Part shown: one piece after another, positions 51,801-64,000 of the stretch
How the letters are laid out: each line of letters begins with the position of its first letter
Position numbering within the stretch: position 1 is the stretch's first letter
NCBI GenBank assembly: GCA_964106915.2
Contig: OZ066916.1
Reading direction: 5' to 3' (one strand)
From: Podarcis gaigeae
Lineage: Eukaryota
Length of the DNA stretch: 64,000 bases
Translations under genes and position numbers: made by a program
Notes under the pieces: model-generated
Databases searched by the model: none
Told to the model about the DNA's origin: nothing
The model's input: only the letters and a program-made list of their open reading frames with translations

Positions 51801-53710
51801 GCACAGTCTATTTGCCCAAAATGCTTCACCTGGCCAAATATCTGTGAGGCTTGCAAATAATCTGTGACTGTTCAATGTGTGTGTCTAAGATCAAATTCTC
51901 AAAGCTCAGAAATCAGCCAAGACATCCCAATTTTGGAGATGACTCAGATTTCAAAGCTGATCTAATCTCAAATTTGAACACCTGAATTTAAAAAAAAATG
52001 TGAGGAAGGTGTTTTACCAAGTGATATATCATTGTATTATAGATGTTGTAGTCTGTTGGGTTGAGCAAAAGACAGCCCTTTTTTTCTATGTTCTGGTCAT
52101 TGCTTCACCTACAAAGCATGGGATATGATTAATAAATAGGTTTCCTTATGCCTACCAATAAGCCTTCTAGCTAGTATTCATAATAAACTAAGTGAAGAAG
52201 GTACTGAAGCTTAAAGGGTCAGACCATTAAGCAGAAGCTTAAGCAACTATTTTACAGTCTGATTTGAGCCAGAGACACAAAACTTCTTTATTGTCCCCCA
52301 TACAAGACCCCCAGAATTAGAAAGGAAGTCCAGACCACAATTACATCAACTCAAAAGCAGAAACTATGTTTAACTGCTGATGCCCCCCTCCCTTCTTCTT
52401 TACAAACAAAAGACTGCTGCCCTCTTTGCCAACATCCCAGAACTTTCCCTAAACAGTGGCTGTTTCTGGAACCAGGACCCTAAATTCTGATATTTATCTG
52501 AAAGCATTTCTGACCACATAGGAATGGTGTGTTTTTTGGAGGTCCTCAAATATATTAAAAATGATGTGAAACAAAATTAAAAGTCAGTCCCACCAGTGAT
52601 ATGGGACAGAAAATTTCTCAAGCTGTTTTTAATATTCTTTTTAATGCTGTAACCCATCCTGGGACTTTAGAGTGAAGGGCAGGTAATAAATAAATAAATC
52701 CTAGTACTTTCTTTTCACATGGAAATTTTTCTGTTTCACAAATTCATTAACAGAGAACAGATGCCAACTGCAAATAAGATATTAGACGTCCGACTTTCAA
52801 ACTTGCAAAGTTATTAGGTTTGTTTACTAAATATAAGTAAAATGAAACATGCTAAGTGACGCACATAGAACAGTATGCTTAAGAAATAAACCTCTGGTAT
52901 TTCTGCTGAATTTTAAATGAAGGTAATGTATTTACTTGAATTTAAAATTTGCCTTATAACTACCTTAAAGAAAATATTAATACGACACTAATGAATGAAA
53001 ATACAATATGTCCATTTATAAACATAATTTTAAATTTGCTTTTTTCAAAATATCAAAATAATTGCAAACACAGCAGTGGCACTCACATCATGGTTTTCCT
53101 TATATCTACTCTTTAAATGGGTAATTTGCAGGATGCACTGCAAAACACTATTTTCTAGTATTTAACCAAATGATACCATTCCGGTTGCAAAATAGCCACC
53201 AACAATGAAGAATACATTTAACAGAAGGCATTATCTGTGCTTCAAGTTCTCTCTTCAAACTGTATAATCAATTTTTTTGGCTAATACAAAAAAATTCAGA
53301 AATATTTTTACAAATATATTTGCCCAAAGGTAATCATTCTTCCTAGTAGGAGACAGTTCCTACACTGAATGAAGTTTTTTTGGCAGCTTGACAATAAGCC
53401 TGAATTGATCACACTGCAAAATCCATATATGTAGCAGTTTATTGGAAAGAACGGATAAGGTTATATCGAAAGTTGTTAAGTCGGCAATGAATGGCCCATT
53501 AATGTAACACAGCTATAGAAGATGAAAATAATTAAAAGCATGTTGAATGCAATCATAAAACCATCCTAAGAAGGCCATCACCTGTGCACAAGACCTGAAT
53601 CACAGGTTGTGCAACTGTTATGACAGGGAATATTTATCAACTACTTGATAACTACTGAGGGAGAAATGTAAATGAGATATACTCCTAGAAGATAAATAGT
53701 GTGACGTGGG

Positions 53711-53838
53711 TAATAATAATAATAATAATTTATTATTTATACCCCGCCCATCTGGCTGAGTCTCCCCAGCCACTCTGGGCGGCTCCCAATCAAGTATTAA
53801 AAACAATACAGTGTTAAATATTAAAAACTTCCCTGAAC
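53711..53838 (-). mobile_element. Short L2 3'-end fragment
   Basis: Reverse complement of the L2 tail at 14760-14850 (GGGAGCCGCCCAGAGTGGCTGGGGAGAC...ATAAATAATAA). Confidence 0.8.
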
Positions 53839-54992
53839 ATGGTAGATGAGAACATGAAGGCAACAGCTTTGAAAGAGAATATATTGTGTAATATCAGCAT
53901 TTTTATGAAAAATAGCTCATAACTGGCTTCCTAAGTGGCAGGTTTCAGGGAGTGGCCTCTTTTTAGGGTCTATTTCTTTGTAATGAGAGCAGGCTAAAGA
54001 TTGATGGTGTCTTGGTTTGTTTGTTGAGAGATCTATAACCAGCAAAGTTGAAGTAAGTAATCTATTAAGCAGGTAGTACAACCACTCATTATTTGGATTC
54101 CCAAAAAGCGACAGTTGTCACACACATATATGGACATGGACACATACACACACGCAGAGGTTTAGCTAATTCTGGCAGTGAATTCTTTCTGCTCAAATTC
54201 AAGCTACAATAAACTTTCTCTGAACCTCTCATTATCCAAAGGGTATGATATTGCAAAGACTGGAAAGAGAAGATATGGTAAAGCTTGGATATATATTTCC
54301 AGCTATTACACTCTTTATTGTGTACAACATATGCAAAACCACAGTAATAGGTACATTCACAGTAAGACAAAATGTGTAACATGAAGAAAATTTAAAATAT
54401 GGTAAGGGAGAATTCTGTGTTAGGGATCGTTAAGAAAGGGATTGAAAACTACACTGCCAAAATTGTAATACAAAAAGGTCCCACTTTCCAAACAGTGCAT
54501 TACCCGGAGATTGTTCATTGGTGGGTGTTGCATAAAACTATAGTAAAAAAAGGGAAACCATGATGTGATCACCTGCTCCCTTATATTCCAGGCCGATCAC
54601 TGTGGTCTTTGTGTGAGTCACTGTTGGTGGTCCTTTATGGCTCATGCTCACCAGGAGCTGTGTGCTCAGTGATATGGGACCATTTCTATGGAACTCCCTC
54701 CCAGCTAAAATCAGATGAGACACCACTCATTTGAACTTTCAGTCCTTGGTGAAGATTTCAACAGGCACTTTAAGCATTTTTTTTTCTGATTTCATGGTTA
54801 ATTTTAATTGATTTTATCTTTATCATATAATCTGTAACATTACTGTACATCACTTGGAGACTTTGGGTGTTGGTATATAAATTGTTGAAATAAAATAGAA
54901 CAAGTAACTCCAAACCATGGAATTAAGAGCTGCTTTTCTGTTCAGCATTCCCATCTCTGGCTACAGTGATCTCAAAAGGCAAAGCAATGACC

Positions 54993-55539
54993 ACTGTATT
55001 CTGTGCCACTGTATTCTGCTCTGGTCAGACCTCACCTGGAGTACTGTGTCCAGTTCTGGGCACCACAGTTCAAGAAGGACACTGACAAACTGGAACGTGT
55101 CCAGAGGAGGGCAACCAAAATGGTCAAAGGCCTGGAAACGATGCCTTATGAGGAACGGCTAAGGGAGCTGGGTATGTTTAGCCTGGAGAAGAGGAGGTTA
55201 AGGGGTGATATGATAGTCATGTTCAAATATATAAAAGGATGTCACATAGAGGAGGGAGAAAGGTTGTTTTCTGCTGCTCCAGAGAAGCGGACACGGAGCA
55301 ATGGATCCAAACTACAAGAAAGAAGATTCCACCTAAACATTAGGAAGAACTTCCTGACAGTAAGAGCTGTTCGACAGTGGAATTTGCTGCCAAGGAGTGT
55401 GGTGGAGTCTCCTTCTTTGGAGGTCTTTAAGCAGAGGCTTGACAACCATATGTCAGGAGTGCTCTGATGGCGTTTCCTGCTTGGCAGGGGGTTGGACTCG
55501 ATGGCCCTTGTGGTCTCTTCCAACTCTATGATTCTATGA
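54993..55539 (+). mobile_element. CR1 LINE, 5'-truncated young copy (ORF2 C-terminus + 3' UTR)
   Basis: Uninterrupted ORF 55003-55467 [20 protein letters not shown]...LEVFKQRLD; terminal (ATTCTATG)n repeat. Confidence 0.95.
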
Positions 55540-57509
55540 CCATTACCATTTGTTTATCACAAATTATGCCTTGCTATAATATCTGGCTGAATAATAATTA
55601 AAAAACCCTGGAAACAACTACCTAGGCAGATGTGTTTCAGCAGGAGAAATTCTTCTTCTGAGGCTGTTTTTGACATGCAGGTCTGGACTAATTTTGATTT
55701 GATTTCTTCAAGCTCTCTAATTTTGTTGGAGTCTTGAAGTTTTATCTGAGTGCTGGTAACATTTATGAAGAGCTAATATAGCACAGTGATTGCAAGCATG
55801 AGCTATGACCTGGGAAGTCCCAGCTCAAATTTCAGCTCAACTATGAATTCACTGGGTAGGGGTGAGCATAACAGCAAGCCTTCTGGATCAAACCAAAAGA
55901 CCCATAAACTGCAGTATCATGTTTTCCACAGAGGCCAAGCAGATGCTCCATGAAATACAGAAGAAATGCATGAAATATCAGCCACTCCCCCATTCTTGTT
56001 TTTCAGCATCTGGTATTCAGTGGCAAAATACCTTTGAATATGGAAATCTTAAGAATAACACTCAAAATCAGATTGTACTATACTAATGTCAGTAGTATGT
56101 ATACCTTACAGGATTGTAGTAAGCAGGGTGGGGGGTTTGCTTGTTTTAAAAAGACTTTAATATTTCAATTATTTTCAGTGGGTGGGATTCAACTAATGAG
56201 TCCCATCAGCGGAAATCATCCACCTTCCTCGCTCCCTGAAATTGGCTCAAGTGGGATCTTGAGAACTCATGGAAGGGCACACGGGGGGGGGGGGGGAGGA
56301 TTGGTCTGTCAGGCAAGCCAAAATGCTTGTCCTGACGGAATGAGAACGTTAGAACAACACTGAATTCCTCCAGTATTTTCTTTTTAAAAAGAGAAGTTTA
56401 AAAGGGAATTAGTATTTAATACACATATATATCAAACAATAAACATAAAAGTGAATCATGAATCATAGCTATCTATTAAACACCATGTTAACAGTGAGAG
56501 AACCATGTGGGGATCTGACTTCTAAGATTATAAATGACACTATAATTAATGTATTATATTTATAACTGTAGGCTTCTTATAGGACTGAGAGACTAGAAAA
56601 TCACCAGTGTCCAGGGTCCAAGAGACACCATCCTGTATCTTACTAAAACCACTGTTTGGGGATGATAATGGGCTAGATGAGGACCAATAAAGTGAAGCTG
56701 GATGCAAATAAGGCAGAGGTTCTGTTGGTGAGGAGCTGACAAGTTCCTCTGATTGGTAGACTGGCTGTTCTGGATGAGAATGCACTCCCCTTGAAACATC
56801 TGCATAGTCTGGGAGTATTTCTGGATCCATCTTTGTCACTGGGCGCTCAAGGGGCCAGATGGACCTCCAACAACAATGATTCTTGGACCGGGAAAGTCTT
56901 GCCACAGGGATTCATGCCCTGGTAAACTCATGCCTTTTAGTGTCATATATTACACCTATAAACTGTGATCTGCATGCCACCCATTCATTTTTGAGTCACA
57001 TATAAGGTGCTGTGATTTACTTTTAAAACCCTAAATGGCTTGGAGGACAAATACTTGTCAGAAGAGTTTTGTCTTTCCTGGCATTTGCCAGTCTTGCTAG
57101 CTGAGGGTGATCTTAGGTTCTGCCAATGGGTAAAGTCTATGGGTGGGTGATTTCTCAGCTGTAGTACCCTGCCTGTGGAATTCCCTGCCTTTGCAAGCCT
57201 CTTTTGCTTTCTATGACCCTCCAAGGTTTGAGCAAACATATTTTCTAACCACCTCACCCCTCTATGACATTAGGAAAGCTTCAACAGAGGCTTCATCATC
57301 AACACTGCAAACAAACCTTTGGGTATAGTCTAAATTACTAATACACAGTACAGATTCTTAGTTTTAAGTACTTGTTCATTGAAAGGCAAATGTAAGATCT
57401 GTCACTCAAAACACATTAATACTCAAGCACTGGGCCTTGATTTGAGCCAATCAGAACCTACTTACAAGTATAAAATGCTATTTACCACAAACGTATATTA
57501 AGAATAGTA

Positions 57510-57735
57510 CAGTGGTACCTCGGGTTAAGTACTTAATTCGTTCTGGAGGTCCGTACTTAACCTGAAACTATTCTTAACCTGAAGCACCACTTTAGCTAAT
57601 GGGGCCTCCTGCTGCCGCCGCGCCGCCAAAGCATGATTTCTGTTCTCATCCTGAAGCAAAGTTCTTAACCTGAAGCACTATTTTTGGGTTAGCGGAGTCT
57701 GTAACCTGAAGCGTATGTAACCCGAGGTACCACTG
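57510..57735. mobile_element. Tigger-like MITE (opposite orientation to the copy at 1045)
   Basis: TA|CAGTGGTACCTCGGGTTA...TAACCCGAGGTACCACTG|TA. Confidence 0.9.
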
Positions 57736-59309
57736 TAATAGTTGTGATAGTCATGAAGGTAGAATTTAAAAAAGGGATACAGATATCAGCCTTTTTAGTG
57801 TGGAGCTGCTCTCTACCATTCTCTCGAGACAAAAATGGGAATATGTAAAGTCACACAGGCATTTAAATAAAAGAAGTACAGCAGAGACAATGAGATAAGG
57901 TTAATATATAAAGTGGAAAGGAAAGGGAGGAATGAAAATGACAACATTGTTTGTGCACATTGTAGGAAATTAGGGAGCTCCAGATCTCAAAACAGAACAA
58001 GAGCTTCAAAATCATTTAGCTAAAACAAAGATTTATGCTAATTACACTATCTTTACAGACATTCTCTCTACTCAAAAAACGGGAGACTTTATGAACTATG
58101 AGACCTTTTAAAGTTCCATGAAGATGAAGTATTCTAAAATAAGAGACTACTAGTAAGAAAGTGAAGCAGCTGCTATTCTATCAGCACCCATGGTACAAAT
58201 TATTCAACCACTGTTGAATTTTGTTGCTGGACCACATACACCAGTCTGGCCAGAGTGTCCAAAACAACAACCAGGTTGTTTAACAGATGTATATAAATAA
58301 TCTTATGTTAAATATAATTCATTGCCCTAGAATACCCTTTTCAAGTGCAGAGTAGTACCAATGTGATACACCAGATCGGCACAATCCTAGTCATAGTTTA
58401 GGAACTTGAGTGCATTGCTTCAAATAAATATTTTATTAAGAATATCTTTTGCACTTAATGAATGTGAAAACAACTGAATCCAAGGGATTCCATTTTAGAT
58501 AACACATTGTCTGGTTGCTCTGAAGTTCTGTTCTGTTTTTATCAGCATATTGTTCTTGCTTTGGTTATACACAATATTGTTGGAAGCACTTGCTTAAAAT
58601 TTGTTTAAAAGCTAACAAGTAGCTCAAACAGCAACTTATTTACAATGCAATGACTGCATGCTAGTATCATATTCTGAACAGTTACAGCCCATTTTTAATG
58701 TATTTAACAATTTCCTGATCAGATGCTAAAGCAACATCATGCCTGATCCTGGAGACTAACTAGATTAAGTGAATCATAAATGCACCAGAACACAATTTTG
58801 AGCAGAAACACTCCTCTTCCCTTCCCCCATTTCTAGCATCAGGCTCCAAGCAATGAGTGGATGAGATCACAAAAGATGGCTCATCTGTAGAGCTGTCATA
58901 TGGTTTTCAGTCCAGTCAGCTTCCTCTTTCACAAAAAACTGAATATTTGAAAACCAGGCTAAGATTTTTATTGCCTTTGTAACCAATCCATTTCACTTCC
59001 AAGAAAGCTGCTATGACTACACATATCTCACTCGTGCACAAAATGAATGACTTGCAATGATGCCTTCCACAAAAGGCCGTTACTTTCCGGTCTGTGTAGT
59101 TTTCGAGAAGCCATATGCATTTCCCTAGGGATCCTTTTCGTACACAGAAGACCACAACGGAAACGAATTCAGAAAACAATTATCAGAAGGAACATCAGCA
59201 GAAGGGAGGGGGGGAGAAAATGTGCATAGAAATGTAAATCCATGCCTCGTTTTAGATAAAGGCTGCTTACAATCAGAGCTGCATGCCAGGCTGAAAAACA
59301 GAAGCTTCA

Positions 59310-59376
59310 AATTATTATTGTTATTATTATTACTAATAATTATTAGTATTAGTATTACTACTACTACTACTACTAT
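59310..59376. repeat. (TAT)n/(TAC)n trinucleotide tract
   Basis: Direct reading. Confidence 0.85.
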
Positions 59377-60050
59377 TGCACACACACGCCTTTTCTATTT
59401 ATCGGCCAGGTGGTTTTTGTCGTTGTTGTCGTTTCCTAAACGAGGGCCCATAAAACGAATCGGAAGCAAATGGACAGATGAGAATACACAGTGGAAAGGG
59501 AGGGAGGGGGGAGAGAGAGAAAGAAGGAAACCGATCCCAGAAGAAAAGGCACAAAGCAAAGAAGCTGCACTCACGCCCCTTCTAGACATGTTTTCCACGC
59601 AGAAGCGTATGCGAGCTGACGAGAGGAGAGGGGGCTCGAAGCCTCCCCCCCCCCCCCACTGGAGAGAGCGCCCGGGGGGAAGGTTTGTTATCTTGGAGGA
59701 GGAAGGGGAGGAAAGAGGAAACTGTGGTTTTAGCAGCTCCATCTGTATCCAATCTGGGCCATTGCAACCCCCACCCCTCGCCTCCGTGCAAGAGCCGCAG
59801 CCTCCTCTGTGGAGTCCCAGAGGGACAATGCTCAGCGGGCAGGAATAGCAGAAAGCATTGGAAGAAGGGCTCGGAAAAGAGCCAGTGTCACTGAGGGGCA
59901 GGCGAGGCACCCGCCTCCCCTGGAGGAGGAGGGCGAGGGCAGCAGGCGGAGCGGGAGGCATACAATGCGCCGCATTTAGGGCTCCATCCCCGGCCGGGGG
60001 AAGGGAAGGCGCTGGGGCGAAGGGGTCCCCCAGCTCGCAGCATCACTCAC

Positions 60051-60200
60051 CCCGCTTGGGAAAGGCAAAAGCGCTGGCTCACAGGCCCACCATCTTCTCC
60101 ACATAGAGGAGGACGCGGAGGGAGGAGGAGGAGGAGGGGAAGGGCGCTCGCGAACTCCCCGCCTCTCTGTGCCGCTCTGGCTGTGTAAGCAACCGCTCGA
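60051..60200 (-). other. CEP170: Probable non-coding exon 1 of CEP170 (5' end approximate)
   Basis: Donor CGGG|gtgagt at 60051/60050 within the CpG island; the ATG exon has its own acceptor, so an upstream exon is required. Confidence 0.6.
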
Positions 60201-60720
60201 ACGTTATTCCCAGCATATAGCGGCTAACGGCGCGGAACAGGGGGAAACTATTGCGCAGGCGCCGCCTCAGCTAGCCAGCGCGGGGAGAGAGAGAGAGAGG
60301 AGGGGGGGGAGGGGAAATGAAAAGAATGGATTTGCAGCGCCCCAGAACGGAACTACTGCGCACGCGCGCTTCCCAGCGAGCAGGCTCGCACTGCGCAGGC
60401 GTCCTGTTGCAGACAATGGGGAGCAGAGGTGATAATAATAATTAATAATAATAGTCTCCTGTCCATTGGGAAATAGAAATGTAGAGTTTGGAGGATACGT
60501 TAATGAGACGAGAAACATCATATTTTGTCCCATGCGATCGCTGCACACGCCTTGCTTCTGCGGTGGGCGTGAGCGAAGAGTAAAAAACGCGCCCAAGCGC
60601 GCAGTTGGGTTGAGGGGGGAGGAAGTATTGTGCGCACGACCTCAAACGAGGATGAACGCACCTATTGTGGTACCGCTGGCAGCCGCAGACGTATTGTTCT
60701 ACGTTGTTGTGGTGCGAAAC

Positions 60721-60746
60721 AACTACAACTCCCAGAAGCAACTGCG
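60721..60746 (+). promoter_or_regulatory. ZNF143/THAP11-type extended motif AACTACAACTCCCAGAAGCAACTGCG
   Basis: Matches ACTACAnnTCCCA + SBS-like extension, typical of bidirectional promoters; second copy on minus strand at 61029-61046. Confidence 0.75.
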
Positions 60747-60973
60747 GCGAAGCCTTGTGGGCGTAACGCCATAGTAATGGCGCGTTGCATGCCGGGTAGG
60801 GGGGCCTGGAACGCTTTCTGCTTCTTTAACGCCGCGCGAGGCGGCGGGGCTTCCCGTCTGCCTCAGGGGGAGATGTCGTTGCCGCCTGTCGCCAGCTTCG
60901 TGGCAGGCCTGGGCAGCGCCTCCTCGCCCTCCTCCTCCGTCACCAAGCGGTCCTAGAAAAAGACCGTTGCTTG

Positions 60974-60986
60974 GTTGTCTAGCAAC
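60974..60986. promoter_or_regulatory. RFX X-box-like motif GTTGTCTAGCAAC
   Basis: One mismatch to GTTGCCTAGCAAC; ~260 bp upstream of the ATG of a ciliary gene. Confidence 0.6.
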
Positions 60987-61246
60987 GAGCTTCCTCGTGA
61001 GAGGCGTCGGAAGTGCGCCGCTCCCCATCCTGGGAGTTGTAGTCCCTCCGCGTTCAGCATTCCCATACTATTGAGCGGTAATAGGAGCAAGGCTGGACTA
61101 CAGCGACCGAGAGCCACCGGGGAAAGCCTAGAAAAAAGGTTTACCTCACACGCCTCCCAATGCAGGAGTCTGTCGGGGCCACGGAAAGAGCGGCGGCGTG
61201 TAGCCCCAGACCCGACTGGGGAAGCTCGCCGAGTTACTCTGCCTCC

Positions 61247-61313
61247 ATGAGGGAGGCTGGAGGGGAGTCGGGCTTGGCGGAGTCTCTGGAGCGGTGTCAG
61301 CAAAGCCTGCACG
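61247..61313 (+). CDS. SDCCAG8: SDCCAG8 first coding exon (67 nt), MREAGGESGLAESLERCQQSLH
   Basis: Kozak GCCTCCATGA; donor CACG|gtgaga after 22 codons + 1 nt; aligns with recalled human MAKSPENSTLEEILGQYQRSLR; SDCCAG8 is head-to-head with CEP170 in human. Confidence 0.8.
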
Positions 61314-63474
61314 GTGAGAGAGCGAGAGGCGGGAAGGCAGGTTTGGCTCGCGGGTCCTCCTTTCAGACCCCCACCCCCCAATGAACTCCTGTCGCCCCCT
61401 TCGGGGCTGCTCAGCACCCACAGATCCGCCTTGCAGCGCTTCAGGGATGCGTCTCTAGAAATGTGCACCAAGCCAAGCCCGTGGTGGCCCTCTGTAGGGC
61501 AGATTTCTGCAGGGGTGGTGGGGTGTGCCGCTTTCCACTTCACGCAGAACTATGTGCATTAGGCTGAAAAGTAGCGGATTCTCCAAAACTGCAACTGCCA
61601 GCTGTCGGGTATTTGGTCTGCCTTGGGCTCACTGGTGCATTTTGTTTTTTGTTTTGTTTTTAATCGAGGTGACACCTCTTCCCACTCTGTATACCCCATA
61701 TCCTGACCCCTCTGCCCTTATGTGGAAAAGCAGGTGAGACTCTCCCATGTCCTGAAGGCTCCTTAAAGGCCCTTCAGGGTCCCCCTTCTGATAAATGCCT
61801 TTTTATTGAGGAAGATGGTTGAGCTGGTGATTTCTGTGCAAGTTGCACCCACTCATCAATGAAACTGATTTTCTTAAACCTTTTTTGGCCTGGCTTTGAC
61901 ACTGAAAGTTCAGTAGGAGGTGTGTGACCTGCTGATTCTCCTGAACCTCTGTCCTGCTTTTGATACCACTGACAATGGTGGCCTGTATAGGCTGACCACA
62001 TTGGGAATTGGGAGGCAACAAGTGGTGGTGGTTCCCTTCAGAAGTTTTGCTCCTGCTTGGATGATTTCAGTAGATGGACTGCAAGTGGGAGGCAACTGCT
62101 TGACTTCATTATATTAATGTTGTCCCCCCCCCTCCCTGCCCCACACACTATTTAACATCTAAATTCAACCACTGAATACGGTCATCTGTACCATCTGTAC
62201 AGTATGACATCATCTCTGTTTGTTCTCTTTATCACACCCAAGTGATGCACAGGAAGTATTGAATGTTTGGAACCAAAAGTCAACCAGGAAGGTGGTGTTC
62301 AAGCTGTTTGGATAGTGTTGCACTTCCTCTAAAAGAGTGGTCCCAAACTGTTTTCCCCACGGACCACTTGAAAAATTGCTGAAGGTTTCCCCCTGCATGT
62401 TATAGCAGTTGTAATGTCCTATGTTAGATACAGTAGGATTTTGAACTGTATTGTTGTATGCTACACCAATTTATGAGCAGTATGAGATTCCAGGGTCCGT
62501 GTCTTTATGATATATGGTATATTTATACACATACACAACATGAGCCTATGATGCAGGGGTTCAAAGCACCCTAAAAGGGCTTTGCTTCTGTCATAGCTGT
62601 GGTTTTAGATTCAAACAGAAATCAAGAATTGCATTTGAGAACCCTTGCTGTAAAAGAGCAGGTTTACTACTTAGCGTACCAGTAGATCCACTGTTTTAAC
62701 TGGAGATGCCAATGGCATCTGTGGTACACCAATTTTGCTTGGTGCATCAGTTGTGATCCTTTGTTGTAACCTCTTCACTGAACTATCGCAATGCAATTAT
62801 GCAAAGCTAACTGGAACTGAGTTTGAGGAACATACTGTTCTGATGCTTAAATAGCTGGGCTGGTAACTGGTCCCATTATTTAAAAGTTCATACTATTACC
62901 CATAAAACCTTAAATAGCATGCGGTCTCACTACTTGAAGGGCTGCCTTTTTTGACATGAGCTTGGCTTAATATTTTGTTCATTAGCAAAAACTTCCTGCC
63001 ATCTAAAGTTAGGTGGGTGATGACTGGCGGGGAGGATATGTGGTGACTTCTATTTGCAATGCTGTCCCTAGGGAAGCTCACCTAATACTATCTTTGATGT
63101 CTGTGATGATTTTTTTTTAAATCTGCCCAGGCCTTTTGGTATGTTGTAAAGTGTCAGTACTCTCTTTATAGCACTATTGGATTTTATTGCTATTTCTATA
63201 CTTTAAATGTTTTTATGTGGAATTTTTGTTGTATTTATTGTTCTTAAATTGAATACCCCACCTGGAGTGTTGCACTGATAGGTAGTCTATAAATTAAGTG
63301 TTAAAAAGTGTTCAGTGTTCACCCTTTGACCACTTTCACCAAATCTGTTATGCTTCTGGGGTGACCTTTTTTCAAAAGATTTGGAAATGACAGTTCACTC
63401 CTTTTGTTTTAGGCAAAAGTTCATCTAATTAAACTAAAGGAACATGAGGTTGTAAAAAAGTGATAATGCTAACT

Positions 63475-63628
63475 TAGAACGAGGTACTTGGGAAGGCCGC
63501 CTGCTATGTCCACTGCTGTTTGCACTCTTTCTGGAATTCTTAGCTAATCTCATATGAAATAATAATCACATACCTTAGTATCAAGTATGGCAATGAAGAG
63601 CTCAAAATTGCACTTTATGCTGATGACA
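63475..63628 (+). mobile_element. L1/Tx1-clade RT fragment (degraded)
   Basis: Translates to RGTWEGRLLCPLLFALFLEFLA...ELKIALYADD with a stop and a frameshift. Confidence 0.7.
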
Positions 63629-64000
63629 GCAGTGATGGAATTTTCATTCACTGACCTTTGTGAGTGTGTTTAGCACCCTCAGTGAATCCAATTATAAGTA
63701 ACCCCAACCCCAAAAAAGCACACATTTTCTTGTATAAGCAGAAAACAAAGGCCATGCAGAGTAGATACTCAGAAGTACCTAAGACATACCACCAATAAGA
63801 AAATAAGTTTCTCTTTTTTGCAAGTGCACAGCACAACTGTTGGAGGCTGCTCCTCAGGTCTGGCACTGCGATTGTTGATTTCCTGTTCCAATTCCCACTT
63901 GTTCCTGCAACACTGCTAATGACTTTCCACAGTAGAGGAATCACTGGGGCTTGCAGATGAGATGGATGCAAGTCAGACAGGTGGACAGTAGATTGGCTAT

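Larger units (their letters stand above)
59570..61540. promoter_or_regulatory. CpG island / bidirectional promoter CEP170(-)-SDCCAG8(+)
   Basis: Sharp rise in GC and CpG; NRF1-like TGCGCAGGCGC (60252) and TGCGCACGCGC (60357); ACTACAACTCCCA motifs (60722 on +, 61031-61043 on -); X-box (60974); ETS CGGAAGTG (61008). Confidence 0.9.

Noticed and set aside
55003-55467. 154-aa ORF as a host gene
   Set aside because: CR1 ORF2 C-terminal remnant
59569-59580. Second GTGAGT donor on the minus strand (59575/59574) as an alternative CEP170 exon 1
   Set aside because: Weak exonic context (GGC|gt) at the island edge; cannot be supported without transcript data
59222-61562. Many 70-208-aa ORFs on both strands
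   Set aside because: Expected in a CpG island; only 61247-61313 has homology and splice support

Overview
Vertebrate genomic DNA from a squamate, most likely a lacertid lizard (Sauria SINEs, CR1/L2 LINE fragments, many Tc1/mariner and hAT MITEs). The minus strand carries the 5' three-quarters of CEP170 (centrosomal FHA-domain protein): a probable non-coding exon 1 at ~60.05-60.2 kb and 11 coding blocks from 45776 down to 2891. These give 3868 nt of phase-consistent CDS, and the gene continues left of the window. A CpG island at ~59.6-61.5 kb is a head-to-head promoter shared with SDCCAG8, whose first coding exon is 61247-61313 (+). The most interesting signals are in CEP170 splicing: (i) a U12-type AT-AC intron within the FHA region (40280-41143); (ii) an in-frame 186-nt exitron (23606-23791) encoding a CEP170B-like motif; (iii) several frame-preserving candidate microexons, the best being 15 nt at 29106-29120 with UGC/UGCAUG elements. 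Also notable are MITEs carrying internal arrays of GC-rich hairpins, and a hAT MITE carrying two copies of the same ZNF143/THAP11-type motif found in the promoter. Comparisons with human proteins are from memory and were not searched.
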